DNA of 40,539 bases from an uncultured Bacillota bacterium (GTDB lineage: Bacteria; Bacillota_I; Bacilli_A; RF39; UBA660): NCBI GenBank assembly GCA_946626905.1, contig CAMOVA010000003.1:1-40539 (forward strand), in the 5' to 3' direction. The notes under the pieces are model-generated. The model worked only from the letters and a program-made list of their open reading frames with translations. It did no database searches and was not told the origin of the DNA. The position numbers were made by a program, and so were the translations under genes. Positions 18,647 through 28,099 of the stretch are shown here, piece by piece; positions within the stretch are counted from its first letter, which is position 1, and the number at the start of each line of letters is the position of its first letter.

Positions 18647-19708
18647 ATGAATAAGAAAGGATTTACATTAATAGAGTTGTTAACAATTATTATTTTGTTA
18701 GCAGTAATAGCAACTTTATCTTTTAAAATTGTAACAACTTCTATAAATGAGGCAAAAGAAAGAAGTTATAATACTTTAATTGCAAGATTTAAAGTAGCAA
18801 CAAAAAAATATTTATTAGAACAAGATGTGGATCCAGAAATGACTAATCAATTATGTATTTCACTTAAAGAATTACAAAATAAAGGATATCTTGAAACAAA
18901 GCCAATTAAAAATCCAAAAACAGGAGAAAAATTTAATTTGGATAATGTTGGTATGAGTGCAAAATTTAATGATTCTACAAAACAATATGATTTACAACTT
19001 TATGTAGGTGGGAATTGTACTCAAGTTACAAATCAAACAACTTTATATTCAAAAATATTAGATACTCAAACAATTGCTCCATCTAGTGGAGATGGACTTT
19101 ATGAAACTAATGATAGTTATGTATTTAAAGGATCAAATCCTAATAACTATATATGGTTAAATGAAACAAACTCTTCAGAAAAAACTAGATATAGAATAGT
19201 TTCATTAAATAAAGATGATAAACTTATAAAGATTGTTGATACAACGGGGGATAATACAAGTGTTGCAAATCTAACAGCAGCTGTTGATACAACATTTAAA
19301 AGTAAATATAATTCTTTTATGGATAAAATAGCAGAGAATGCTAAGTGGAATAGTGGAAATATAACTGATCTTTCTTCATATAAATCAGTTCTTTCACAAG
19401 AAAAGATGAGTAATAGTTATCAAACTATATCATTGCTTACACTTAGTGATTATATAGGTGCATCACTAAATAGTAAATGTTATAAATCAAATAATTGTAA
19501 TTCATACTTAAAATTAAGTAACAGTTATTGGCTTGTTACTTCATCTGGTAGTGGATATCATTGGTATGTTAATTCATCAACAGGTGCAGTTCAATCGGTA
19601 AATTTTAATAACTATACATATCGTAAGAATCCTGCATTCTATTTAAATGAACATGTTCAATTTAAATCAGGTGATGGAAGCGCTACAAATCCTTATACAT
19701 TAAATTAA
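18647..19708 (+). CDS. Long type IV pilin-like protein with prepilin cleavage/methylation motif
   Basis: MNKKG|FTLIELL plus a hydrophobic helix; large Ser/Thr/Asn-rich C-terminal domain ending GDGSATNPY. Confidence 0.8.
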   Translation: MNKKGFTLIELLTIIILLAVIATLSFKIVTTSINEAKERSYNTLIARFKVATKKYLLEQDVDPEMTNQLCISLKELQNKGYLETKPIKNPKTGEKFNLDNVGMSAKFNDSTKQYDLQLYVGGNCTQVTNQTTLYSKILDTQTIAPSSGDGLYETNDSYVFKGSNPNNYIWLNETNSSEKTRYRIVSLNKDDKLIKIVDTTGDNTSVANLTAAVDTTFKSKYNSFMDKIAENAKWNSGNITDLSSYKSVLSQEKMSNSYQTISLLTLSDYIGASLNSKCYKSNNCNSYLKLSNSYWLVTSSGSGYHWYVNSSTGAVQSVNFNNYTYRKNPAFYLNEHVQFKSGDGSATNPYTLN

Positions 19709-19734
19709 AACCAAGATTATTCATCTTGGTTTTT
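19707..19734. terminator. Bidirectional terminator
   Basis: AAAACCAAGAT-tattc-ATCTTGGTTTTT between convergent genes. Confidence 0.65.
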
Positions 19735-20394
19735 AAATATGTCTTGTATTTCATTTAATACTTTTGTATCTGAATGTTTATCTTCATCTTCAGCTTCAGC
19801 ATCATATATTTTTATTCTTTTCTTTTTTCTTTTATCTTTATCATTTATAATACTTTCTTCTAATTCTTTATTTTTGAATGTATCATAATAACTAATTATA
19901 TAATTTATAAAAGCAAGAAAACCAATGTTTGATGTTGCAAATATAAATCCTGTTAGTATATTGTGGAATCCATTATTAATTAAATAGAAGAAACCTAATA
20001 AGAAATTAATATAGAATAAAGCTTTTTTAATAATATTTACTTTTATGTCTTTAGTTAAATCTAATTTATAGTAAGCTATTAAATCTACTATAACTATTAA
20101 ACATTCTATAATAAGTAATAAACCAAATGCTTTAAATCTAGTAGTTAAGAATGCGGATATAATTACTAGAAATACTTCATTGCTAACATAATCAAGTTTA
20201 GTACCTATATTAGTTTCAGTATTCCATTTACTTGCTAAAACATGATCTAATATATTTGTTATTATTGCTACAAGTAAGAATAATAAAGCAACTACATTGA
20301 TTTTTAAAGCGCTAAATATAAGTATAAAAGGTATACATCCTAATTTAGTTAATGTTAAAATATTTGGTAGTAAAACTTTAATTTTAGTTTTCAT
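19717..20394 (-). CDS. CDP-alcohol phosphatidyltransferase (PgsA-like) homologue with degenerate motif and charged C-terminal tail
   Basis: LPNILT, then TNILDHVLASKW...GTKLDYVSNE aligns to DxxDGxxAR...GxxxDxxxD. Confidence 0.7.
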   Translation of the reverse strand: MKTKIKVLLPNILTLTKLGCIPFILIFSALKINVVALLFLLVAIITNILDHVLASKWNTETNIGTKLDYVSNEVFLVIISAFLTTRFKAFGLLLIIECLIVIVDLIAYYKLDLTKDIKVNIIKKALFYINFLLGFFYLINNGFHNILTGFIFATSNIGFLAFINYIISYYDTFKNKELEESIINDKDKRKKKRIKIYDAEAEDEDKHSDTKVLNEIQDIFKNQDE

Positions 20395-20578
20395 CTTATC
20401 ATCTCCATTAAAATATTACCATGAAAACAAAAAATAATCAATAAAAAATATTTGCTACATATAATATAATGTATTAATATTTAATACGTGGAAAACTATA
20501 GTGTTATGGTTTTCCTTTTTTTATATATTTTATAGATTAAATGCATATAATTATGATATAATTATAGTAGGTGATAAT

Positions 20579-21661
20579 GTGAGAGTAGTTATAAGTGCTG
20601 GAGGTTCAGGTGGGCATATATATCCAGCTTTGAGTATTATAAATAAGATAAAGGAAAATGAACCAAATAGTGAATTTTTATATATTGGAACTCATAATAG
20701 AATGGAAAAAGATATTATTCCAAAATATGATATTCCTTTTGAAACAATTGAAATTTATGGATTTAACCGTAAAAGAATATTTAAGAATTTTAAAACTTTA
20801 CGTTGCTTTTTAAAAAGTATTAAAAAGTGTAAAAGATTGATAAAAGATTTTAATCCTGATGTTGTTATTGGAGTAGGTGGATATGTTACAGGACCTGTTT
20901 TATATTCAGCACATAAATTAGGCTATAAAACTTTTATACATGAACAAAATAGTTTACCAGGTAAAGCAAATAAATTTATTAGTAATTTTGCTTCTAAAAT
21001 AGCTATTTCGTTTAAATCATCAAGTAAGTATTTTGATGAATCAAAAACAGTATTTACAGGTAATCCTTGTAGTGAAAATGCAGTTAATACTAAACCTGCA
21101 ACTTTAAAAGAGTTTGGTTTAGATGAAAATAAAAAGACAGTATTATTTGTAATGGGATCACTTGGCTCTTCTAAAATGAATGATTTCTTACTTAAAACAA
21201 TGTCATTATTTAATAATAAAGATTATCAAATAGTCTTTGTTACAGGAAGTTCTTTATATGATGAAGTTAGTAAAAACAAATTTCCAGAAAATGTTCATGT
21301 TTTTCCATATATTGAAAATCTAGCTAGATTAATGAAAAAAGTAGATATTATGGTAACAAGAGCAGGAGCTTCAACATTAAGTGAAATAATCGCATTAGAA
21401 ATACCTAGTATATTAATTCCAAGCCCTTATGTTGCTGATAATCATCAATATAAGAATGCAATGGATTTAATTAATAATGATGCTGCATTATTATTAGAAG
21501 AAAAAGATTTAAAAGGTGATATTTTAGTAAGAGAGATTGATGGACTAATTACTGATGATAAAAAAATAAAAACTTTTAAAGCAAATTTAAAGACAATGAA
21601 TGTAAGTGACAGTGCTACAAAAATATATAATGAGTTAAGAAAACTCGTAGATGGGAAGTAA
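20579..21661 (+). CDS. murG: Lipid II GlcNAc transferase MurG
   Basis: AGGSGGHIYP, GVGGYVTGP, HEQNS.PG, TGNP, GSLGS, RAGAST, HQYKNA; GTG 20579 follows AGGTGA. Confidence 0.96.
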   Translation: MRVVISAGGSGGHIYPALSIINKIKENEPNSEFLYIGTHNRMEKDIIPKYDIPFETIEIYGFNRKRIFKNFKTLRCFLKSIKKCKRLIKDFNPDVVIGVGGYVTGPVLYSAHKLGYKTFIHEQNSLPGKANKFISNFASKIAISFKSSSKYFDESKTVFTGNPCSENAVNTKPATLKEFGLDENKKTVLFVMGSLGSSKMNDFLLKTMSLFNNKDYQIVFVTGSSLYDEVSKNKFPENVHVFPYIENLARLMKKVDIMVTRAGASTLSEIIALEIPSILIPSPYVADNHQYKNAMDLINNDAALLLEEKDLKGDILVREIDGLITDDKKIKTFKANLKTMNVSDSATKIYNELRKLVDGK

Positions 21662-21662
21662 T

Positions 21663-22538
21663 ATGAAAAAGTTTGACAAAGTAAAAATAATGGAAGATGT
21701 TCCATTAAAAAAATATACAACATATAAATTGCCAGCTAAAACTAAATACATGGCATATCCAGAAAATACAAAACAATTAATCGCATTAATAAAATATGCA
21801 AGAGAAAAAAATATAAAATATAAAATACTAGGTGGAGGAGCTAACTTAATTTTTCCGCATGATTATGATGGTGTATTAATTAAGCTTGATCATTTTGATA
21901 AATTAGAAATTAAGGATACTAAAATAACAGTAGGAGCTGGATATAATTTAATTAAATTAGCAATGAAAACATGTAAACTTGGTTTAACAGGTTTAGAATT
22001 TGCTACTGGTATTCCTGGAACACTAGGTGGAGCTGTATTTAATAATGCAGGTGCATATAAAAGTGATATGGGATATATTGTAGAATCTATAGTAGTATTA
22101 ACTCCAGATTTAGAAATCAAAAAAATGTATAATAAGGAATTGAAATTCCATTATAGAACTTCATTTTTAAAAGATAATCCAGATTACATATGTTTAGAAG
22201 CAAACATTGTGTTAAAACATGGTAAGAAAAAAGAAATAATGGATGTTATAGAAGATAGAAAATCAAGACGTTTAATGTCACAACCATTAGAATATCCTTC
22301 AGCAGGAAGTGTATTTAGAAATCCACCAGATAATTTTGCTGGTAAATTAATAGAAGATTCTGGTTATAAAGGTAAAAAAATAGGTGGAGCAATGGTCTCT
22401 GAAAAACATGCTAATTTCATTATTAATTATAAGGAAGCAACAGGTGAAGATATTGTTAAATTAATAAATGAAATAAGAAAAACTGTTAAAGAAAAATATG
22501 ATATAGATTTAGTATTAGAACAAGAAATAGTTGATTAA
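21663..22538 (+). CDS. murB: UDP-N-acetylenolpyruvoylglucosamine reductase
   Basis: LGGGANL, GLEFATGIPGTLGGAV.NNAGAY, QPLEYPSAGSVFRNP, SEKHANF. Confidence 0.96.
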   Translation: MKKFDKVKIMEDVPLKKYTTYKLPAKTKYMAYPENTKQLIALIKYAREKNIKYKILGGGANLIFPHDYDGVLIKLDHFDKLEIKDTKITVGAGYNLIKLAMKTCKLGLTGLEFATGIPGTLGGAVFNNAGAYKSDMGYIVESIVVLTPDLEIKKMYNKELKFHYRTSFLKDNPDYICLEANIVLKHGKKKEIMDVIEDRKSRRLMSQPLEYPSAGSVFRNPPDNFAGKLIEDSGYKGKKIGGAMVSEKHANFIINYKEATGEDIVKLINEIRKTVKEKYDIDLVLEQEIVD

Positions 22539-22567
22539 AAAAACCTTATTCATTAATAAGGTTTTTT
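22537..22567. terminator. Bidirectional terminator between murB and rnhC
   Basis: AAAAAACCTTATT-catt-AATAAGGTTTTTT. Confidence 0.7.
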
Positions 22568-23496
22568 ATTTTTTCAGTATTTTTAAAGTTTAATTTAGCT
22601 ATTTCATTTAGTTTTTCTATACCATATTTTTTTACTATTTCAACACCAACTAGATCTACTTTATCACTGGCTCCTTTTGGTAGGAATGTATCAACACTTT
22701 CGCTTAATTTATCAAATTCTTTTATGAATATATATCTACTTATTAAAGAAGCACAAGCAACTGATAGGCATTTACTTTCAGCTTTAGTCATGAATGTAAT
22801 GTTTCTACATACTTTAGATGAATTTTGTAGATATCTAAAATAAATAGCAGGTTTAGCAAATTCATCTACAACTATATAATCTGTTTTATGTTTTTCTTCT
22901 AAATTACATAGTACTTTATTATGCATTATAGCTTTTATTTTATTCATGTTGATATCTTCATTATATTTTGAATTATATTCTTTATTTGTAAGTATCATAC
23001 TTGAATATGGTATTTTTTTGATTATTTGTGGAACTATTTCTAATATTTTATTATCATCCATTTTTTTAGAATCTTTAACTCCTAATTCTTCTAAAAATGG
23101 AATGTTTTCTTTTGATACAAATGCACCAGTAACAACTATTGGCCCAAAGTAATCACCAGTTCCAACTTCATCTGATCCTATTGTATTAGCGTAGTATATT
23201 TTAGGATCAACTATTATTTCTTTTTTATCTTTATCTTTTTTCTTTTCTTCACTATTAGTCATTTCTAATTTTTTAGTAGGGTTTAAGTGTCTTTCTCTTT
23301 CAGCCCACATACGTGCTGATATATCTGCGCTTACTCCTTGGAATACAGCTTTTCCTGATTCATATAAAGTAACAACTGTATCCGCATCATCTGCTTGAAA
23401 ATGTGCATATGGTGGAGTTTTTTCTCTTTTAAAATCCTCAAAAAATTCTATCATTTCTTTTTTGGTATTATCACTTACTTTTAATGTAATTGTCAT
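22546..23496 (-). CDS. rnhC: Ribonuclease HIII
   Basis: N-terminal domain with YESGKAVFQG; IGSDEVGTGDYFGP, GVKDSK, VDEF, LPKGAS, KLNFKNT. Confidence 0.95.
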   Translation of the reverse strand: MTITLKVSDNTKKEMIEFFEDFKREKTPPYAHFQADDADTVVTLYESGKAVFQGVSADISARMWAERERHLNPTKKLEMTNSEEKKKDKDKKEIIVDPKIYYANTIGSDEVGTGDYFGPIVVTGAFVSKENIPFLEELGVKDSKKMDDNKILEIVPQIIKKIPYSSMILTNKEYNSKYNEDINMNKIKAIMHNKVLCNLEEKHKTDYIVVDEFAKPAIYFRYLQNSSKVCRNITFMTKAESKCLSVACASLISRYIFIKEFDKLSESVDTFLPKGASDKVDLVGVEIVKKYGIEKLNEIAKLNFKNTEKIKNLINE

Positions 23497-23585
23497 ATTA
23501 ATCACCTAATATTATTTTATCATAAAAAAGTTCATTTTTCTTTCTTTTTTTAAAACTTTATAATATAATTGTAATAGTGATGTAT

Positions 23586-24308
23586 ATGAATATTGTTGAT
23601 GTTATTATAATTTTAATTATTTTGTTTTGTGCTTTTACAGGAGCTAAAAGAGGTTTTACAAAAGAATTAGTTCATTTTATAGGGTTTTATATAGTTTTAA
23701 TTTTATCATTTATTATAAAAAATCCTCTTTCAAAAATAATGTATAGTTATCTTCCTTTTTTTAATTTTAATTTTATTTTTAAAGGATCTGCAGCTATTAA
23801 TATTATTTTTTATGAGATTATTTCATTTTTAATTGTTTTTTCAATTTTAATGATTATATTAAGATTATTAATGAAATTAACTTCTATATTTGAACATATT
23901 TTAAACGCGACTATTATTCTTGGTATTCCTTCAAAAATTCTAGGTTTTGTAGTAGGTATTATTGAGGGATTTACTATTTCATTTATATTTTTATATGTGA
24001 TTAGTTTACCAATATTTAATGTAGATGAACTTAATAATTCAACTTTTAAAAAGGGTATATTAAAACATACTCCTATAATAACTATATTTACTCGTGATAC
24101 AGTTAATGCGACTAATGAAATAAATGATTTAGTTGTTAGATATAAAGATAATAAAAATATATCTGATAGTAAGTTTGATTATGATTCTATGAACATTTTA
24201 TTGAAATATAAAATTATAAGTGTAGATTCACTAAAAGAATTAAAAAATAAAGATAAAATAAAAATTAAAAATTTGGACAAATTAATAAATAAATATGAGG
24301 AGGAATAA
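23586..24308 (+). CDS. CvpA family membrane protein
   Basis: IVDVIII...GAKRGF, KILGFVVG; divergent from rnhC as in Bacillus. Confidence 0.8.
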   Translation: MNIVDVIIILIILFCAFTGAKRGFTKELVHFIGFYIVLILSFIIKNPLSKIMYSYLPFFNFNFIFKGSAAINIIFYEIISFLIVFSILMIILRLLMKLTSIFEHILNATIILGIPSKILGFVVGIIEGFTISFIFLYVISLPIFNVDELNNSTFKKGILKHTPIITIFTRDTVNATNEINDLVVRYKDNKNISDSKFDYDSMNILLKYKIISVDSLKELKNKDKIKIKNLDKLINKYEEE

Positions 24309-24309
24309 T

Positions 24310-24591
24310 ATGATTAATAATTTTAATGAACTTATTAATGGTGATAAAGTTATAGTAGATTTTTATGCAGATTGGTGTGGGCCTTGTAGAATGCTTGGAC
24401 CTATTGTAGAAGAAGTATGTAATAGTAATAATATTAAACTTGTTAAAGTTAATGTGGATGAAAATCCAGAAATTGCTAAAGAGTATGGAATAATGTCAAT
24501 ACCAACTTTAATTCTTTTTAAAGAAGGTAGTGAAATAAAGAAGAATGTTGGATTTTTAAGAGAAGAAGAATTACTTGAATTTATAAAATAA
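24310..24591 (+). CDS. trxA: Thioredoxin
   Basis: VDFYADWCGPC, KVNVDE, MSIPTL. Confidence 0.95.
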   Translation: MINNFNELINGDKVIVDFYADWCGPCRMLGPIVEEVCNSNNIKLVKVNVDENPEIAKEYGIMSIPTLILFKEGSEIKKNVGFLREEELLEFIK

Positions 24592-24640
24592 CATTAGTTA
24601 TTTTTCTTTTTTTATGTTAATATATAGGTGTGGTGATAAT

Positions 24641-25354
24641 ATGCAAAGATATTTTAGTAAAGAAAAGAAGAATAATGAATTTATATTAGGTAATGATGAT
24701 ATATATCACATAAAGACAGTTATGAGAATGAAGGATAATGATAATATTGTTGTTGTTTATGAAAATAAACCATATTTATGTTGTCTATCTAATGTAAAGG
24801 AAAATATCAAAATTAATATAGTAAAAGAGTGCGAAATAGAACAAGATTCACTTCCTGATGTTACTTTAATTATTCCTATTTTGAAGGAACAAAAGATGGA
24901 TTTAATCTTACAAAAATGTTGTGAACTTGGAGTGAATAGAATTATTCCAATTATAACAAACCGAAGCATTATAAAGCTTAAAGAGAGTGATTACGCAAAA
25001 AAAATAACTAGATGGAATCGTATTGTTAAAGAAGCAAGCGAACAATCTCATAGAGTTACAATTCCAGTTATTGATAATATTATGCATATTGAATCATTAG
25101 ATAAAATTGAAGGAACTAAGATTGTATGTAGTACTAAAGAAAAAGCAAAAAATATAAAAAACATAATGAAAAAACTTACAAACTGTGATAAAATTAATTT
25201 AGTTATCGGCCCAGAAGGTGGGTTGGATTTAAAAGAAGAAGAGAAACTTAATTCTTTGGGGTTTGTGTCAGTTACTTTAGGTACTAGAATAATGAGAGTA
25301 GAAACAGTACCAATATTCTTATTAAGTATAATAAATTATGAATTTATGGAGTGA
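24641..25354 (+). CDS. rsmE: 16S rRNA m3U1498 methyltransferase
   Basis: MQRYF, HIKTVMR, QKCCELGV, EASEQSHR, IGPEGG, LGTRIMRVET. Confidence 0.95.
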   Translation: MQRYFSKEKKNNEFILGNDDIYHIKTVMRMKDNDNIVVVYENKPYLCCLSNVKENIKINIVKECEIEQDSLPDVTLIIPILKEQKMDLILQKCCELGVNRIIPIITNRSIIKLKESDYAKKITRWNRIVKEASEQSHRVTIPVIDNIMHIESLDKIEGTKIVCSTKEKAKNIKNIMKKLTNCDKINLVIGPEGGLDLKEEEKLNSLGFVSVTLGTRIMRVETVPIFLLSIINYEFME

Positions 25355-25358
25355 TGAT

Positions 25359-25982
25359 ATGGAAGTTTTAAATGTTTTATCAGAACATGTTGTAGTTTTC
25401 TCTGTTTTAATAGGTATTTTAGTTTTGAATTTTATTTGTATAATATATTTAGCTGTTAAAGAAAGAAAAGAAGATGAAATCGAAATAAATAATATTCTAA
25501 AGGATAAAAAAGAAGAAGTTAATACTAATTTAGAAGTAGAACAAGATGAGAAAGTTGAACAAAATAAAAAAGAAGTTGAAGAAATGCTACTTAAGATGCA
25601 ACATGATTTAGAAACAACACCTAAAGATGCAGTTGAAACTTTTGAAAATGAGCAAGAAGAACAATCGATAATTAGTTATCAAGAATTATTAGCTAGTGTT
25701 AAAAATCAAGAAAAAGTTAATGTAACACCAGTTAAGATAGAAGAAAAAGAAGAACCAGTAGTAGAAGAAAAACCTATTGGTTATGATTTAGAAGATGAAG
25801 TACAAGAACAAAAATTTAAAAATACAGAATTTATATCACCAATATTTGGTAAACAAGATACTAGTATGAATTTTTCAACAGTACAAAAAAAACCAGAATC
25901 TTCTAAATCAAATTATAGTGTTAATACAAAGAATGATGAATTCTTAAAAGCATTAAAAGATTTTAGAAAAAGTTTAGACTAG
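25359..25982 (+). CDS. Hypothetical protein: N-terminal TM anchor, acidic coiled coil, FISPIFG motif
   Basis: Open ORF with SD GGAGTGA, between rsmE and mtaB. Confidence 0.7.
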   Translation: MEVLNVLSEHVVVFSVLIGILVLNFICIIYLAVKERKEDEIEINNILKDKKEEVNTNLEVEQDEKVEQNKKEVEEMLLKMQHDLETTPKDAVETFENEQEEQSIISYQELLASVKNQEKVNVTPVKIEEKEEPVVEEKPIGYDLEDEVQEQKFKNTEFISPIFGKQDTSMNFSTVQKKPESSKSNYSVNTKNDEFLKALKDFRKSLD

Positions 25983-26010
25983 ATTTATTCTAGTTTTTTT
26001 GGAGGTTTTT

Positions 26011-27288
26011 ATGAAGTTTAATATATATACTTTAGGATGTAAAGTTAATTCTTATGAATCGAATGTTATGAGTGATTTATTAAAGAATAAAGGTTATGAA
26101 CAAGTAGATACAGATTCTAAAGCTGATATTTCTATTATTAATACATGTACTGTTACTAATAGTGCGGATAATAAATCTTTTAAAACAATAAGACATGCGA
26201 TTAAGCAAAATGAGGATGCGATTATTGTAGTAGTTGGATGTGCTAGTCAAAATAGAAAAGAAGATATAGTAAAAATAGATGGTGTTGATATAGTTTTAGG
26301 AAATATTGGTAAATCAAAGATAGTTGATTATATTGATGAATTTGTTAAATCAAAAGAAAAAAAATCTGATGTATTTGATATGATGGATATTACTTTTGAA
26401 CCTATGATTTTAAATAATTTTAATAGAACAAGAGCATTTATAAAAATACAAGATGGATGTAATAATTATTGTTCATACTGTATTATTCCTTATGTTAGAG
26501 GTAATGTAAGAAGTAAGAATAAAGAAGATGTATTAAAAGAAGCGAATATTTTAATTGGTGATGGACATAAAGAAATAGTTTTAACAGGAATTCATACAGG
26601 TCATTATGGCTCAGATTTAAAAGATTATGGATTTGCTGATTTATTAGAAGAACTATGCAAGATAGATTCATTAGAAAGATTAAGAATTTCATCAATTGAA
26701 ATTACAGAATTAGATGATAAATTTATGAAGGTTTTAAAAGATAATCCTAAGTTAGTTGATCATATGCATATTCCATTACAATCAGGTAGTGATAATGTTT
26801 TAAAAAACATGAATAGAAAATATGATAAAGAGTATTTTATAAATAAAATAAATGATATTAGAAAAATAAGACCTGATATTTCTATAACAACAGATGTTAT
26901 TGTAGGATTTCCTGGTGAAACAGAAGAAGAGTTTAATGAAACAATTGAAACAATCAAAAAGATTAATTTTACAAAACTACATGTTTTCCCATACTCAAGA
27001 AGAAAAGGAACAAAGGCAGATCTTATGGATAATCAAATTGATGAAAGAGTAAAAAAAGAAAGAGTAAAAAAATTAATTGAATTATCAAAAGAATTAGAAA
27101 TAAATTATATGAATAAGTTTTTAAATAAAGATGTTTTATTTATTCCAGAAGTATATAAAGATGGATATTTAATAGGTCATACAGGTAATTATTTACAAGT
27201 TAAAATGAAAGGTTGTAAAGACTTATTAGGAAAAAGTGTAAACATTTCACTAAAAAGTGTTAAGTACCCATATATTTTAGGAGAATAA
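26011..27288 (+). CDS. mtaB: tRNA t6A37 methylthiotransferase MtaB
   Basis: TLGCKVNSYES, NTCTVT, KIQDGCNNYCSYCIIP, LTGIHTG, HVFPYS.R.GT; rsmE-mtaB synteny. Confidence 0.93.
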   Translation: MKFNIYTLGCKVNSYESNVMSDLLKNKGYEQVDTDSKADISIINTCTVTNSADNKSFKTIRHAIKQNEDAIIVVVGCASQNRKEDIVKIDGVDIVLGNIGKSKIVDYIDEFVKSKEKKSDVFDMMDITFEPMILNNFNRTRAFIKIQDGCNNYCSYCIIPYVRGNVRSKNKEDVLKEANILIGDGHKEIVLTGIHTGHYGSDLKDYGFADLLEELCKIDSLERLRISSIEITELDDKFMKVLKDNPKLVDHMHIPLQSGSDNVLKNMNRKYDKEYFINKINDIRKIRPDISITTDVIVGFPGETEEEFNETIETIKKINFTKLHVFPYSRRKGTKADLMDNQIDERVKKERVKKLIELSKELEINYMNKFLNKDVLFIPEVYKDGYLIGHTGNYLQVKMKGCKDLLGKSVNISLKSVKYPYILGE

Positions 27289-27289
27289 A

Positions 27290-27318
27290 TTGACTGTAAT
27301 ATATAATTTTGATATATT
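27290..27318 (+). promoter_or_regulatory. SigA-type promoter
   Basis: TTGACT, 17 bp, TGaTATATT. Confidence 0.55.
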
Positions 27319-27341
27319 AAAAATAGGAATAGGGTGATATT

Positions 27342-28064
27342 ATGATTAATTATAAAAAGCTAAGAGAGTTACCAGATTACAATTATTCAATTGAATCAAA
27401 TGTAGATGAAACAGGTAAACCAGTTTTAACAGTTTATGATTTTAATAATAACAAATTATATGTAGGTAAAGAAGAAGTAGATAAAATTATTGATAGTTAT
27501 AGAGAAGCTGCTTCTAAAAATCCAGTATTTGCTTCATCTAATTATGATGATGTGAATAATGATGGATATACTGTATGTAAAATTGTTAATAATGAAAAAT
27601 CTTTTACTATAAGTTCTTTATCAATATCTCCTAATGTTCAAATAGATGATCAATTAAAAATAGTAGATCGTATTACTAAAGATGCTGTTAAAAAGATAAA
27701 TAAGAATAATAAATTAGTAGATATACAAGATAAAATAGATGCTAAGATAGATTTTGCTAGCCATATAGTTATTGGTGCAGCAGTATTATCTTTATTAGCA
27801 GGCGGTTACAATATAGTGAAAGATGTAAAAATTACAGAAGAACCAAAACTTAATAATTATAGTATCCAAGAAGAATGGAAACAACCAGTAGATAATGAAA
27901 TGGATAAAATAAATAATGAAAGAGAAAAAGAACAAAAAGTAATGCAAGATCATTTAGATCAAGAAATGACATATCCATTTGATGATTTTGCTAATCCAGA
28001 TTCTAATGTTGTTACAGGCGGAGAATACGTTGGAAATAAAGTTAAAACTTTAACAAATAACTAA
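27342..28064 (+). CDS. Hypothetical protein with one internal TM segment
   Basis: SD AGGGTGA, own promoter and terminator; HIVIGAAVLSLLAGGY hydrophobic stretch. Confidence 0.7.
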   Translation: MINYKKLRELPDYNYSIESNVDETGKPVLTVYDFNNNKLYVGKEEVDKIIDSYREAASKNPVFASSNYDDVNNDGYTVCKIVNNEKSFTISSLSISPNVQIDDQLKIVDRITKDAVKKINKNNKLVDIQDKIDAKIDFASHIVIGAAVLSLLAGGYNIVKDVKITEEPKLNNYSIQEEWKQPVDNEMDKINNEREKEQKVMQDHLDQEMTYPFDDFANPDSNVVTGGEYVGNKVKTLTNN

Positions 28065-28084
28065 GCTATTAAAAATAGCTTTTT
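28064..28084 (+). terminator. Intrinsic terminator
   Basis: AAGCTATT-aaa-AATAGCTTTTT. Confidence 0.6.
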
Positions 28085-28099
28085 CTTTTAGGAGGGTTT

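Noticed and set aside
20501-20578. N-terminal extension of MurG (and similar extensions for mraZ, rsmE, trxA, mtaB and rbgA in the track)
   Set aside because: The extensions run through promoter or terminator DNA; SD-supported starts lie downstream.
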